Part shown: positions 38,568 through 45,869 of the stretch, piece after piece
Numbering within the stretch: the stretch's first letter is position 1
How the letters are laid out: each line of letters begins with the position of its first letter
Virus record (IMG/VR): IMGVR_UViG_3300022666_000335
Coordinates: 1-46,808 of that record
Reading direction: 5' to 3' (one strand)
DNA: 46,808 bases
Source: a virus
Taxonomy: Duplodnaviria; Caudoviricetes
Position numbers and translations under genes: made by a program
The notes under the pieces: generated by a model
The model's input: the letters and a program-made list of their open reading frames with translations, nothing else
Told to the model about the DNA's origin: nothing
Databases searched by the model: none

Positions 38568-39082
38568 CCAGCCACCTTGCGAGAATCCAGCGGCCCGGTT
38601 TTTCCCTTCACCCTGGGCGTGTCGTGCCGATCCAGCGTCCAATCCGGCGTTTTGTCATCCCGGATCAACTGATCGTGGAGAATCTGAACTCCCGCTTTAA
38701 GCGTGTCAACCTCTTGGTTCAGCGTGTCGATGCGGCTCTGTAGCCGTTTTACCTGCTCGTTACGGCTGAGTTCTGATTTTCCCAGCTCTTCCAGGGCCCT
38801 CCGTGTCTGTGCTCGTTCCAAATCAAGGGCTTTTCGTAAATCGTCAATTTCCCCACGAGCCTGGGCAATCTCTTTGCGCAGCAAAGCGACGGCATCATCG
38901 GCCGCCGCCGTGGCTTCCTGAGCCGCCCTCGCTTCTTCTCCAGAGGCTTCGGCCTGGGCCTTTTTCAACGCAACGCCGGCCGCCTGATGTTTCCGGTATT
39001 GCTCAAGAACAAACGAGATTAGCAATACAAACAAAACCAGGCGCTCTGCCCACTCACCCAGACCGGCCGCGAGGGATTCCAC
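38564..39082 (-). CDS. Single-TM coiled-coil protein (lysis accessory?)
   Basis: N-terminal TM, long coiled coil, follows holin. Confidence 0.65.
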   Translation of the reverse strand: MESLAAGLGEWAERLVLFVLLISFVLEQYRKHQAAGVALKKAQAEASGEEARAAQEATAAADDAVALLRKEIAQARGEIDDLRKALDLERAQTRRALEELGKSELSRNEQVKRLQSRIDTLNQEVDTLKAGVQILHDQLIRDDKTPDWTLDRHDTPRVKGKTGPLDSRKVAG

Positions 39083-39085
39083 AGA

Positions 39086-39553
39086 CTACCCTCGCTCGGA
39101 TTCCATATGAATTGACGACGGCTGAGCATGAACCGGGGAAGGTTCCTTGGGATTGCCCCGCTGGATGACATGAAACAATTGATTGCCACCCACGCCCGCG
39201 AGAGCCACCGCAATCAGTTCCCAATAGGGTTGGATGGCCTGGATCACATCCGAGGGTACATTGTCCAGGATAGCTTTGGCCGCGATCGACAGCAGGATCG
39301 ACAGTCCCACCTGAGACAACCGTTTGTAGAACGGCTCCAGCGATTGAAACCACGACCACCGTTCCCCCAAAAACGACAACAGCGCGCTCACCACGACCGC
39401 CGCGCCCCCGGCGATGATCCACCGCAAAACCGAGGTCAAATCCCCCGGATTCACATCCTGGCCCATCGGGGCAGCAAAAACGGCCGGCACACAAACGCCG
39501 GCCGCAATAATGACGACCAAAGCAGCAATCAAAAACCGCATAAAGCCTTTCAT
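39086..39553 (-). CDS. Putative holin
   Basis: Several TM helices, small, first large late gene. Confidence 0.6.
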   Translation of the reverse strand: MKGFMRFLIAALVVIIAAGVCVPAVFAAPMGQDVNPGDLTSVLRWIIAGGAAVVVSALLSFLGERWSWFQSLEPFYKRLSQVGLSILLSIAAKAILDNVPSDVIQAIQPYWELIAVALAGVGGNQLFHVIQRGNPKEPSPVHAQPSSIHMESERG

Positions 39554-39572
39554 CGTTTACCCCTTTACAAAC

Positions 39573-39648
39573 AAAAAACCCGCCTCCGGGGTGAGCGCCG
39601 TGAGGCGGTGACCCGATGGCGGGTGGGACTGGTTAAACCAGTGCGACC
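39573..39648 (-). terminator. Structured late leader/terminator before holin
   Basis: ACCCGCC...GGCGGGT-TTTTT stem with nested hairpins. Confidence 0.55.
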
Positions 39649-39780
39649 CTAATTATTCAGATTTAACTTTTCGATAACAGGGACCTCAATATAGCGCTTT
39701 CTCAACGCGCTGATGATAACCATCAGGCCCCTGACGATCTCGACCCAGAACTCACGGTCTCGATCAAACGACTGCGACAT
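39649..39780 (-). CDS. Small hypothetical (leader) protein, 43 aa
   Basis: SD GGAGGT directly after promoter. Confidence 0.55.
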   Translation of the reverse strand: MSQSFDRDREFWVEIVRGLMVIISALRKRYIEVPVIEKLNLNN

Positions 39781-39793
39781 TTGTATAACCTCC

Positions 39794-39849
39794 ATTGTAT
39801 AACAGCTTCTTCCTCTGTCAATGACTACAGTCAATTATGACCGAAGTCA
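39794..39849 (-). promoter_or_regulatory. Probable late promoter TTGACA-16-TACAAT with two upstream TGAC-N4-GTCA boxes
   Basis: -35 at 39821-39816, -10 at 39799-39794; boxes at 39822-39833 and 39838-39849. Confidence 0.7.
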
Positions 39850-39874
39850 CCATTACAATTGAGTTACAGTAGAG

Positions 39875-40147
39875 TTACATCACCTCCAATCTCTTCGCCT
39901 CGATTTCGCTGGCTATCATCAGCACTTCCTGATCGCTCAGGAACCGAGTCTCGAAATACCGGGCGTTGGTTTCGAGACACCGTCGCACATACCGTTTTTC
40001 ATCGCGCCGAGCCATCCGGAGCCGATATTTCGACAGCCCAGACCGACAGGTCTGATGCCACACCATTCTTCCGTGTCGATTTTGACGACGGACAAAAGTG
40101 AGATTTCCCTTGAATTTTAGAGCATCGCGATAGTAACCCCGTTTCAT
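39875..40147 (-). CDS. Small basic hypothetical protein
   Basis: SD GGGAGG; Arg-rich. Confidence 0.6.
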   Translation of the reverse strand: MKRGYYRDALKFKGNLTFVRRQNRHGRMVWHQTCRSGLSKYRLRMARRDEKRYVRRCLETNARYFETRFLSDQEVLMIASEIEAKRLEVM

Positions 40148-40182
40148 GCCGCCTCCCTTTCATCGGTGAATCAGTGAACAGA

Positions 40183-41559
40183 CTATAGCAGTCCCGCCTC
40201 CGCCCCCGGTTGGACCGCCTGGACCGGGGTTGGACCCGCTTGGACCCGGTTGGACCGGTTGGCCGGCTGGACCGCCAAACCCGCCAAAACCGGCGTAATC
40301 TTCCGCGAATTCCCCGCCGCGGGATCTTTCTGCAACCAGCCGCGCAAGTCCCAATCTTCGGCCAATTTCCGAGCGGCCTTCTCACCGACCCCGAGCTTTG
40401 ACGCGATGGCCTCACGCGGCAGGTACCCGCCCCGTTCCGCCATCGCCCACCGCACTAAATCCTGCTCGGCCTCCGTCAGTGCTCCCTGGGCCGCATTATC
40501 ACTGGCCAGCTCCACCAGCAGCTGCTTATCCAGCAGGAAGGTCTGGAGCGGCCCCCAGCGATCGGTCACGGCGAGGCCGGGCCGACTGGCCGGAATCCGG
40601 GCGGCGGCCGGGATTCCGATGGCCTGGGCGATCTCGGAGCTGCGGACCCGGAAGCCGAAGACGGCACCGACCTGGTCGCGCACCCGGCCGACCACCGCCT
40701 TGCTGAAGTCCTGGGCCGCGAAGATCAGATTGATCCCGAACTTCCGCCCGCGCCACCCCAGATCGGCGGCCGCGTTGGCCAAGCCCCCCCTCGGCCCGCC
40801 CGCAGCCGTCACCGTGGCGTTGAACTCGTCCAGAATCACCAGGATGCGCGGCAGCGGAGCGAGGCCGGCAGCGGCGGCCAGGGCGTTGTACTCCTCCAGC
40901 TTCTCAGGATAGCCGGGCATTTCGCGGTAGAGCGCGGCCCGGGCGTCGCACTCACCGACGGCGCGCTGGATCAGGGACAGGGCTTCCTCGGGGGTGTGGG
41001 CAATAGGGGCCATCAAGGCCGGGTGATGTTCCAGCATGGGGAAGGTAGCGCCGTCCACGTCGGACACCAACAGCGAGCAGCCTTCCAGGATGGCCTGATA
41101 ACCCAGCAAGCGCAGAAACACGGACTTGCCCGATCCGGTCATGCCGGCCACCAGGAGATGCCCGAGGCGATCCCACGGCACGGTGACCGGGCCGCCGATC
41201 GCCCCAATCCCCAGACCGGCGGCGCCGCGTTGAAAACCGGGGAATTCCGCCAGGTGCGGGAGCCGCGGCGCCGGAGATAGCAGAACGGCGTAGCGCAGCC
41301 CGGAATGGTTGCTCAAGTAGACGGGGCGGCCGCCGATCGCCGTAGAGAGGTGATGCAAAATTGCATCGGTAACGTAGGGCTCCAGGCGCTCGATACGGGA
41401 CACATCGAGGACACCAAAGAGCCACACCAACCCCGCAGGGCTCTGGGTGAGCATCCACTCAGAGAACGCCGGTTCAATCCCCCGGCCATCCAGGACCTGG
41501 GGAATACGCCGCGCAATTTCATCGGCAGCCACCGTATAAGATCGTTGAATCTCTACCAT
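40183..41559 (-). CDS. FtsK/SpoIIIE (TraB-like) DNA translocase ATPase with C-terminal winged helix
   Basis: HLLVAGMTGSGKS Walker A, ILVILDEF Walker B, GRKFGINLIFAAQ, wHTH REAIASKLGVGEKAARKL. Confidence 0.9.
   Translation of the reverse strand: MVEIQRSYTVAADEIARRIPQVLDGRGIEPAFSEWMLTQSPAGLVWLFGVLDVSRIERLEPYVTDAILHHLSTAIGGRPVYLSNHSGLRYAVLLSPAPRLPHLAEFPGFQRGAAGLGIGAIGGPVTVPWDRLGHLLVAGMTGSGKSVFLRLLGYQAILEGCSLLVSDVDGATFPMLEHHPALMAPIAHTPEEALSLIQRAVGECDARAALYREMPGYPEKLEEYNALAAAAGLAPLPRILVILDEFNATVTAAGGPRGGLANAAADLGWRGRKFGINLIFAAQDFSKAVVGRVRDQVGAVFGFRVRSSEIAQAIGIPAAARIPASRPGLAVTDRWGPLQTFLLDKQLLVELASDNAAQGALTEAEQDLVRWAMAERGGYLPREAIASKLGVGEKAARKLAEDWDLRGWLQKDPAAGNSRKITPVLAGLAVQPANRSNRVQAGPTPVQAVQPGAEAGLL
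40207..40276. repeat. Cluster of (GGT)TGGACC direct repeats, clt/TRS-like
   Basis: TGGACC at 40211, 40220, 40231, 40241, 40251, 40268 plus degenerate TGGCC at 40260. Confidence 0.8.
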
Positions 41560-41560
41560 G

Positions 41561-42586
41561 CTATTCCTCGCTTTCGATCGATGCAGTCAACGCCAGTGGC
41601 TCAACCTCGCCCAGCCACCCGCGCACCTCGCCCGGATCCACAATCCGCACGCTGGACAGCGCCCGTTTCGGCTCACCATCCGGTGCCGCCAGCACCCGGG
41701 CCGCCTGGGCCGGCGATACCCGCGGCCGCTGCGCCTGCGGAAGTCCCCGGCTGGCCAGATCGACAGCCTGATCCCGCGCCGTGACCCGCTCCTGCAACTC
41801 AGGGGCCACGAGAGCCGGCTGAGTCACCATCCCGGAATCTACCACGGTAGCCGGCCCAAAGGCCCGATCAGGATCATAAATCACCATTCCCCCGTTGGGA
41901 CCCCGCAACACCATTACCGGGGCGTCTCCTCGCGCATCTCGCGCGATCATCCGCGCCCGCACTTCCAGCGCCCGGATCGCCGTGACGATCCCCCAGCCGA
42001 TCAGCGCCAGTGCCGCGATCGCCAGCGCCCAGGGCCCCCAGGTCACCAATGGCTGGACAATCTTTTCCCGCTCCAACGCCATCCGCGCCCGCTCCGCGTC
42101 GGCGGCCTCACGGGTCGCCTGGATGCGCCAGGCCGACGCGGTAGCCTCTGCCGCCTGCGCCCATGCCGTTGATGTCGCCTGCTGCTGCGCCTGGCGTTCC
42201 TGAGCCTGGGCTGTTGCGGTCGCCTGTTGGGATTGGGCCGTCGCGGTGGCCATCGCGGCCGAGGCCTCCACCGTCGTCTGCCATGCTGTGGCCGTTGCCT
42301 GGGCCTGCTGGGCCTGAGCGGTAGCCGTTCCCTCCCATGCCCTCTGAGTAGCAGTGGCCTGGGCAGCGGAAGCAGTCGCGGTGGCCATGGCGTCCAGCGC
42401 ATCCAGGGTCTGGCGGGCCTGGATGCCGGCCAGATACTGATTGACTTGCGCCGCCTCGATGGTGGGCTGGAGCGCAGAAGAGGTTATCGCGGGGGCGGTG
42501 CGCGCACCGGTGCCGCTCGAAGAGCAGGCCATGCTTACCACCGCCGCCACCGCAATCATCGCCCAGACCACTGCGCGCTTGTGCAT
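41561..42586 (-). CDS. Lipoprotein-like membrane protein with Ala/Thr/Gln-rich stalk and second TM
   Basis: Signal peptide with SMAC lipobox-like site, ATATAQ repeats, TM WALAIAALALIGWGIV. Confidence 0.7.
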   Translation of the reverse strand: MHKRAVVWAMIAVAAVVSMACSSSGTGARTAPAITSSALQPTIEAAQVNQYLAGIQARQTLDALDAMATATASAAQATATQRAWEGTATAQAQQAQATATAWQTTVEASAAMATATAQSQQATATAQAQERQAQQQATSTAWAQAAEATASAWRIQATREAADAERARMALEREKIVQPLVTWGPWALAIAALALIGWGIVTAIRALEVRARMIARDARGDAPVMVLRGPNGGMVIYDPDRAFGPATVVDSGMVTQPALVAPELQERVTARDQAVDLASRGLPQAQRPRVSPAQAARVLAAPDGEPKRALSSVRIVDPGEVRGWLGEVEPLALTASIESEE

Positions 42587-42588
42587 AC

Positions 42589-42969
42589 TCATCCTCCGTT
42601 CGGAAACCAAATCCGTAGTTTCATCTGCGTGCGTTCCGATCGCATGGTATCCAGTTGAGATTTCATCAATGCACGTTCCCGCATAATCTCTCGCGCCCGC
42701 TCGATAATGTTGCGCCCCTCTGAGACCTCTAATATCGCACGGACCTCGCGTAAAACCCGACTACACCGCACCAGATCAATACCGCCGTCAGTAATCGGAA
42801 CGCCTAAAGTGAAACTTCCGGTTTCAGTTTCCATGTAGGTTTTCTCGTATTCACCATCAAACTCGACGGTTATCTGCTGATCGTCGAGAGCAACAACCAC
42901 GCCCCACCCCTCGCCGGGAACGAACAGGAGACACCCAAGCAAATTTTCGTTAATCATCACTTCCACCAT
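42589..42969 (-). CDS. Hypothetical protein
   Basis: Overlapping operon packing. Confidence 0.6.
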   Translation of the reverse strand: MVEVMINENLLGCLLFVPGEGWGVVVALDDQQITVEFDGEYEKTYMETETGSFTLGVPITDGGIDLVRCSRVLREVRAILEVSEGRNIIERAREIMRERALMKSQLDTMRSERTQMKLRIWFPNGG

Positions 42970-43352
42970 CCCGCCGGCAATTCAAACATAGATGGTTCCT
43001 CGAACGCTTCAAGTTTGTCCATATCCTCTACCGATGCAATCCCGCGCACCCGCCGCGCATGGGCCGCCGCAATCGCTCGTTGCTCCAGTTCAGGGAGTGC
43101 ATCAAATCGGTATAATCTGCTTCGGGTGACAACCGTACGCCACCACATCAATCCAACTACGGCGCATAGCAAAACTACCAAAACTCCAAAAACGAACGCC
43201 AGCGCTACACTGGCAGCAGCCTGCCCGCTGGCCGCCATCACGACAGCGTCGGCCTGACGCGCCGTCGCCCAGGATTGAGCTAGCAACGCGCCGGCCATGG
43301 TCATCACCAGGACAAAAACGCAGACGGCCGTGATGATGTATGCCGGTTTCAT
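42957..43352 (-). CDS. Two-TM membrane protein
   Basis: Two hydrophobic helices; ATGA overlap. Confidence 0.7.
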   Translation of the reverse strand: MKPAYIITAVCVFVLVMTMAGALLAQSWATARQADAVVMAASGQAAASVALAFVFGVLVVLLCAVVGLMWWRTVVTRSRLYRFDALPELEQRAIAAAHARRVRGIASVEDMDKLEAFEEPSMFELPAGWWK

Positions 43353-43687
43353 TCCCCGATCTCCCGTACGTTGGCCACCACATCGGCGGCGACCGACAGA
43401 ACATCCAGCCCGATGGCATCAGCCGCCACGAGGCAATCAATGAGCGAGCCCATCACCATCCGCTGCGCCTCGTCGATCCCGTTTTTCTCCGCATAGTCGC
43501 GCCATGCGTCGATCTGCGTCTGGCGCGCGAACTGATTCTCATGCATCGCCATCGCGGCCAGCACCTGCTGGATTCGGTGCAAGCTCGGCGGCACAATTGG
43601 AGCCGGGGCCGATTCTGGATATGCCGACCCGCTGGAAATAGTGCGTCCCGGCAAAAGATCCTTGCCATTGAAATCACCGGTGCTCAT
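43349..43687 (-). CDS. Hypothetical protein
   Basis: SD AGGAGG; ATGA overlaps. Confidence 0.65.
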   Translation of the reverse strand: MSTGDFNGKDLLPGRTISSGSAYPESAPAPIVPPSLHRIQQVLAAMAMHENQFARQTQIDAWRDYAEKNGIDEAQRMVMGSLIDCLVAADAIGLDVLSVAADVVANVREIGE

Positions 43688-44634
43688 TTGGCCTCCTTTT
43701 CGGCCACCACCATCTGGCGCGCCTCATATGCCCAACTATCCGCCGTCCGCGCCGGCAGCGCCACGAATCCGCGCGCCGTCAAAATCTCGTTCACGCCGTC
43801 GGCCGTCATTGTCTCGCGCGCCCCGTTCATCCCCGCGCAGAGCTGACGCCATTCCTCACGGGTAGCGCGCCGGGGTTGCGCTGCGTTTTCGGCCTGCGCT
43901 TTTTGCTCCTGTGTCTGGCGCAACTCCTGCGTCGCCTTGCGCAGCTCGACCTGTACCTGCTTCAACTCGGCCCGCGCCTGGTCGATCCGGGCGCGCCATT
44001 CCTGTTCGGTTTTCTCCGCCAGTTGCGCAATCTCCGTCGCCCGTTGCGCTGCTTCTGCGCGGGCCTGCGCATCCAACCGCGCCATCTCTGCGACCTGCGC
44101 TTCCGTCTTCGCTATCGTCTGCGCCAGTTCGGCGGCGGCCTGCTCAATCTGCGCCTGGATATCTGCCAGAGCTGCGCCGGCCTGTGCCTGGGCCGCTTCA
44201 AGTTGCGCGATCGCGGCCGCCACACCGGCGCGGCTCACGTTGCTCCGCAGCTGGCCCATGAGCAACTCAAAACTCAACAACAGCGCTACCGGGGGGACTG
44301 CCGCCATGACCTGCGCCAGCGGAGCGGATTGCGCGTGCAGCACGTTGAAAGTTACGCTGGCCAGCGTAAACAGCGCCACCAGCGCCCAGGGGTAAATCGT
44401 GCGCTCACGTAGCAACGAGTTGCGGAGCACGGAAAGAGACGCGGCTACAATGGCCCCATCCACCACAAGCGGGAACAACGCAGCCAACCAGGGCTTGATC
44501 CCGTTACCCAGGGCCAGTCCTTGCAGCGCCTCAAATGACAACACGAACGCGGCGGTAGCCAGGAAGGCTACCAGAACGGCAGAGATCACGGAAATTATAT
44601 TATTCCAACGGTTCATTATCAGCTCCAGGTTCAT
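43684..44634 (-). CDS. DUF2637 / Spd-like four-TM protein with coiled coil
   Basis: AFVLSFEAL...LFPLVVDG...SVTFNVLHA...AAVPPVALLLSFELL then long coiled coil. Confidence 0.75.
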   Translation of the reverse strand: MNLELIMNRWNNIISVISAVLVAFLATAAFVLSFEALQGLALGNGIKPWLAALFPLVVDGAIVAASLSVLRNSLLRERTIYPWALVALFTLASVTFNVLHAQSAPLAQVMAAVPPVALLLSFELLMGQLRSNVSRAGVAAAIAQLEAAQAQAGAALADIQAQIEQAAAELAQTIAKTEAQVAEMARLDAQARAEAAQRATEIAQLAEKTEQEWRARIDQARAELKQVQVELRKATQELRQTQEQKAQAENAAQPRRATREEWRQLCAGMNGARETMTADGVNEILTARGFVALPARTADSWAYEARQMVVAEKEAK

Positions 44635-44881
44635 CGGCAGTCAGGAGTGCTATCACTGCGTAGAGCGCATCCTGCCGCCGGATTACAACGTCCTCGGCAT
44701 CCACAAAAACGAGATCACCCAGTCGTCGCGCCGTTTCGCGCGCTTCGATCGCGCCACGCAGATCCTCATGGGCTTCCTGAATTATGATGAGCTTTTCTTC
44801 GGCGGAGTCTGCTGTTTTAATGCACTCCATCATTGCCGGTCGAATCAGAGTCACCGACTGCGCAAAATAGCTGTTTTTCAT
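44600..44881 (-). CDS. Hypothetical protein
   Basis: SD GGAG; helical. Confidence 0.6.
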   Translation of the reverse strand: MKNSYFAQSVTLIRPAMMECIKTADSAEEKLIIIQEAHEDLRGAIEARETARRLGDLVFVDAEDVVIRRQDALYAVIALLTADEPGADNEPLE

Positions 44882-44894
44882 GTTGCTCCGATTT

Positions 44895-44914
44895 ATCTGC
44901 GAATATTCGCAGAT
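44895..44914. repeat. 20-bp palindrome, copy 3 (extends to 22 bp)
   Basis: T-ATCTGCGAATATTCGCAGAT-A directly after the loader stop codon. Confidence 0.9.
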
Positions 44915-44915
44915 A

Positions 44916-45863
44916 CTACCACTGCACTCCGCTGCGATATGACGGCCCGCGAAATTCGATCACATTCCATAGCCGCTCGATAACGCGATCGACCGCAGCC
45001 GGCCCAATGTACTGTTCGAGCATGTAGCGGTTCCCGTTGTGGGGGTCCTGTTTGAAAGCATCCTGGTTCAGCGTAATGACGGTGGGCAGCCCAGCGTTAT
45101 AGCGGGCATTGAGAAATCCGAAAATTGATTGCCGGCTGAATTCAGTTGGCACCTTTTTGTCAATGTCATCAATGACTACCATCCAGCCCCCGTTCAGCTC
45201 GGCCAGGATTTCCTCTTCTGTTTCAGCTTCCTCGCCGCGACTATTCCATGACGCTTGCAGGCGCTCTAAATACTTGGGCCAGACGCGGAAGTAACCCCAC
45301 CGGCCGGCATCGATCACATCCCGCAGGATAGCCGCGGCCAGATGCGATTTTCCCATGCCGTAATCTCCGTACATCACCAGCCAGTTCTTTTCCGGTCCGA
45401 TTTGACCGGTGATCAACCCTGCCGCATATTCGCGGCAGGTGGTTCCCCAACTTGCCGCCGCGGGGCTTTCCCGGCGCGGCTCGTAGGTGTCGAACGCCGC
45501 TTTTTCGAGCCAGCCGATCAGGCCGGCCCGGTGCAGCCGATCACGTCGCAGGCCGACGGCGCGGACCTGTTCGGTGCGATCCTGATTGTCCAGGAAGTCG
45601 GCCTCTGGCCGGCATCCGTGCCGATCACGGAAGCGCCACATTCCGCCACTGAGGCCGCCCCTCCAGTACTCGTAGGGGGTCATCACGTCCCCGCAGTACG
45701 GGCAGCGTCGTTTCAGATACTGAGCCGCCTCTTCGGCGGTCATATTGGCCAGGAGCTTTTTTTCCTCGTTCCAGATCTCCACGACATCCCGCCTGCGTTT
45801 TCCCGGAATATGTGCCGGTGAAGATCCACCCATTTTCCCTAAAATTTGTGAAAGGCTTTGCAT
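44916..45863 (-). CDS. DnaC/IstB-like AAA+ helicase loader
   Basis: CPYCG zinc motif, GDYGMGKSHLA Walker A, VVIDDI Walker B, RYNAGLPTVITLN, DRV, GPSYR. Confidence 0.9.
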   Translation of the reverse strand: MQSLSQILGKMGGSSPAHIPGKRRRDVVEIWNEEKKLLANMTAEEAAQYLKRRCPYCGDVMTPYEYWRGGLSGGMWRFRDRHGCRPEADFLDNQDRTEQVRAVGLRRDRLHRAGLIGWLEKAAFDTYEPRRESPAAASWGTTCREYAAGLITGQIGPEKNWLVMYGDYGMGKSHLAAAILRDVIDAGRWGYFRVWPKYLERLQASWNSRGEEAETEEEILAELNGGWMVVIDDIDKKVPTEFSRQSIFGFLNARYNAGLPTVITLNQDAFKQDPHNGNRYMLEQYIGPAAVDRVIERLWNVIEFRGPSYRSGVQW

Positions 45864-45869
45864 TTTTAT

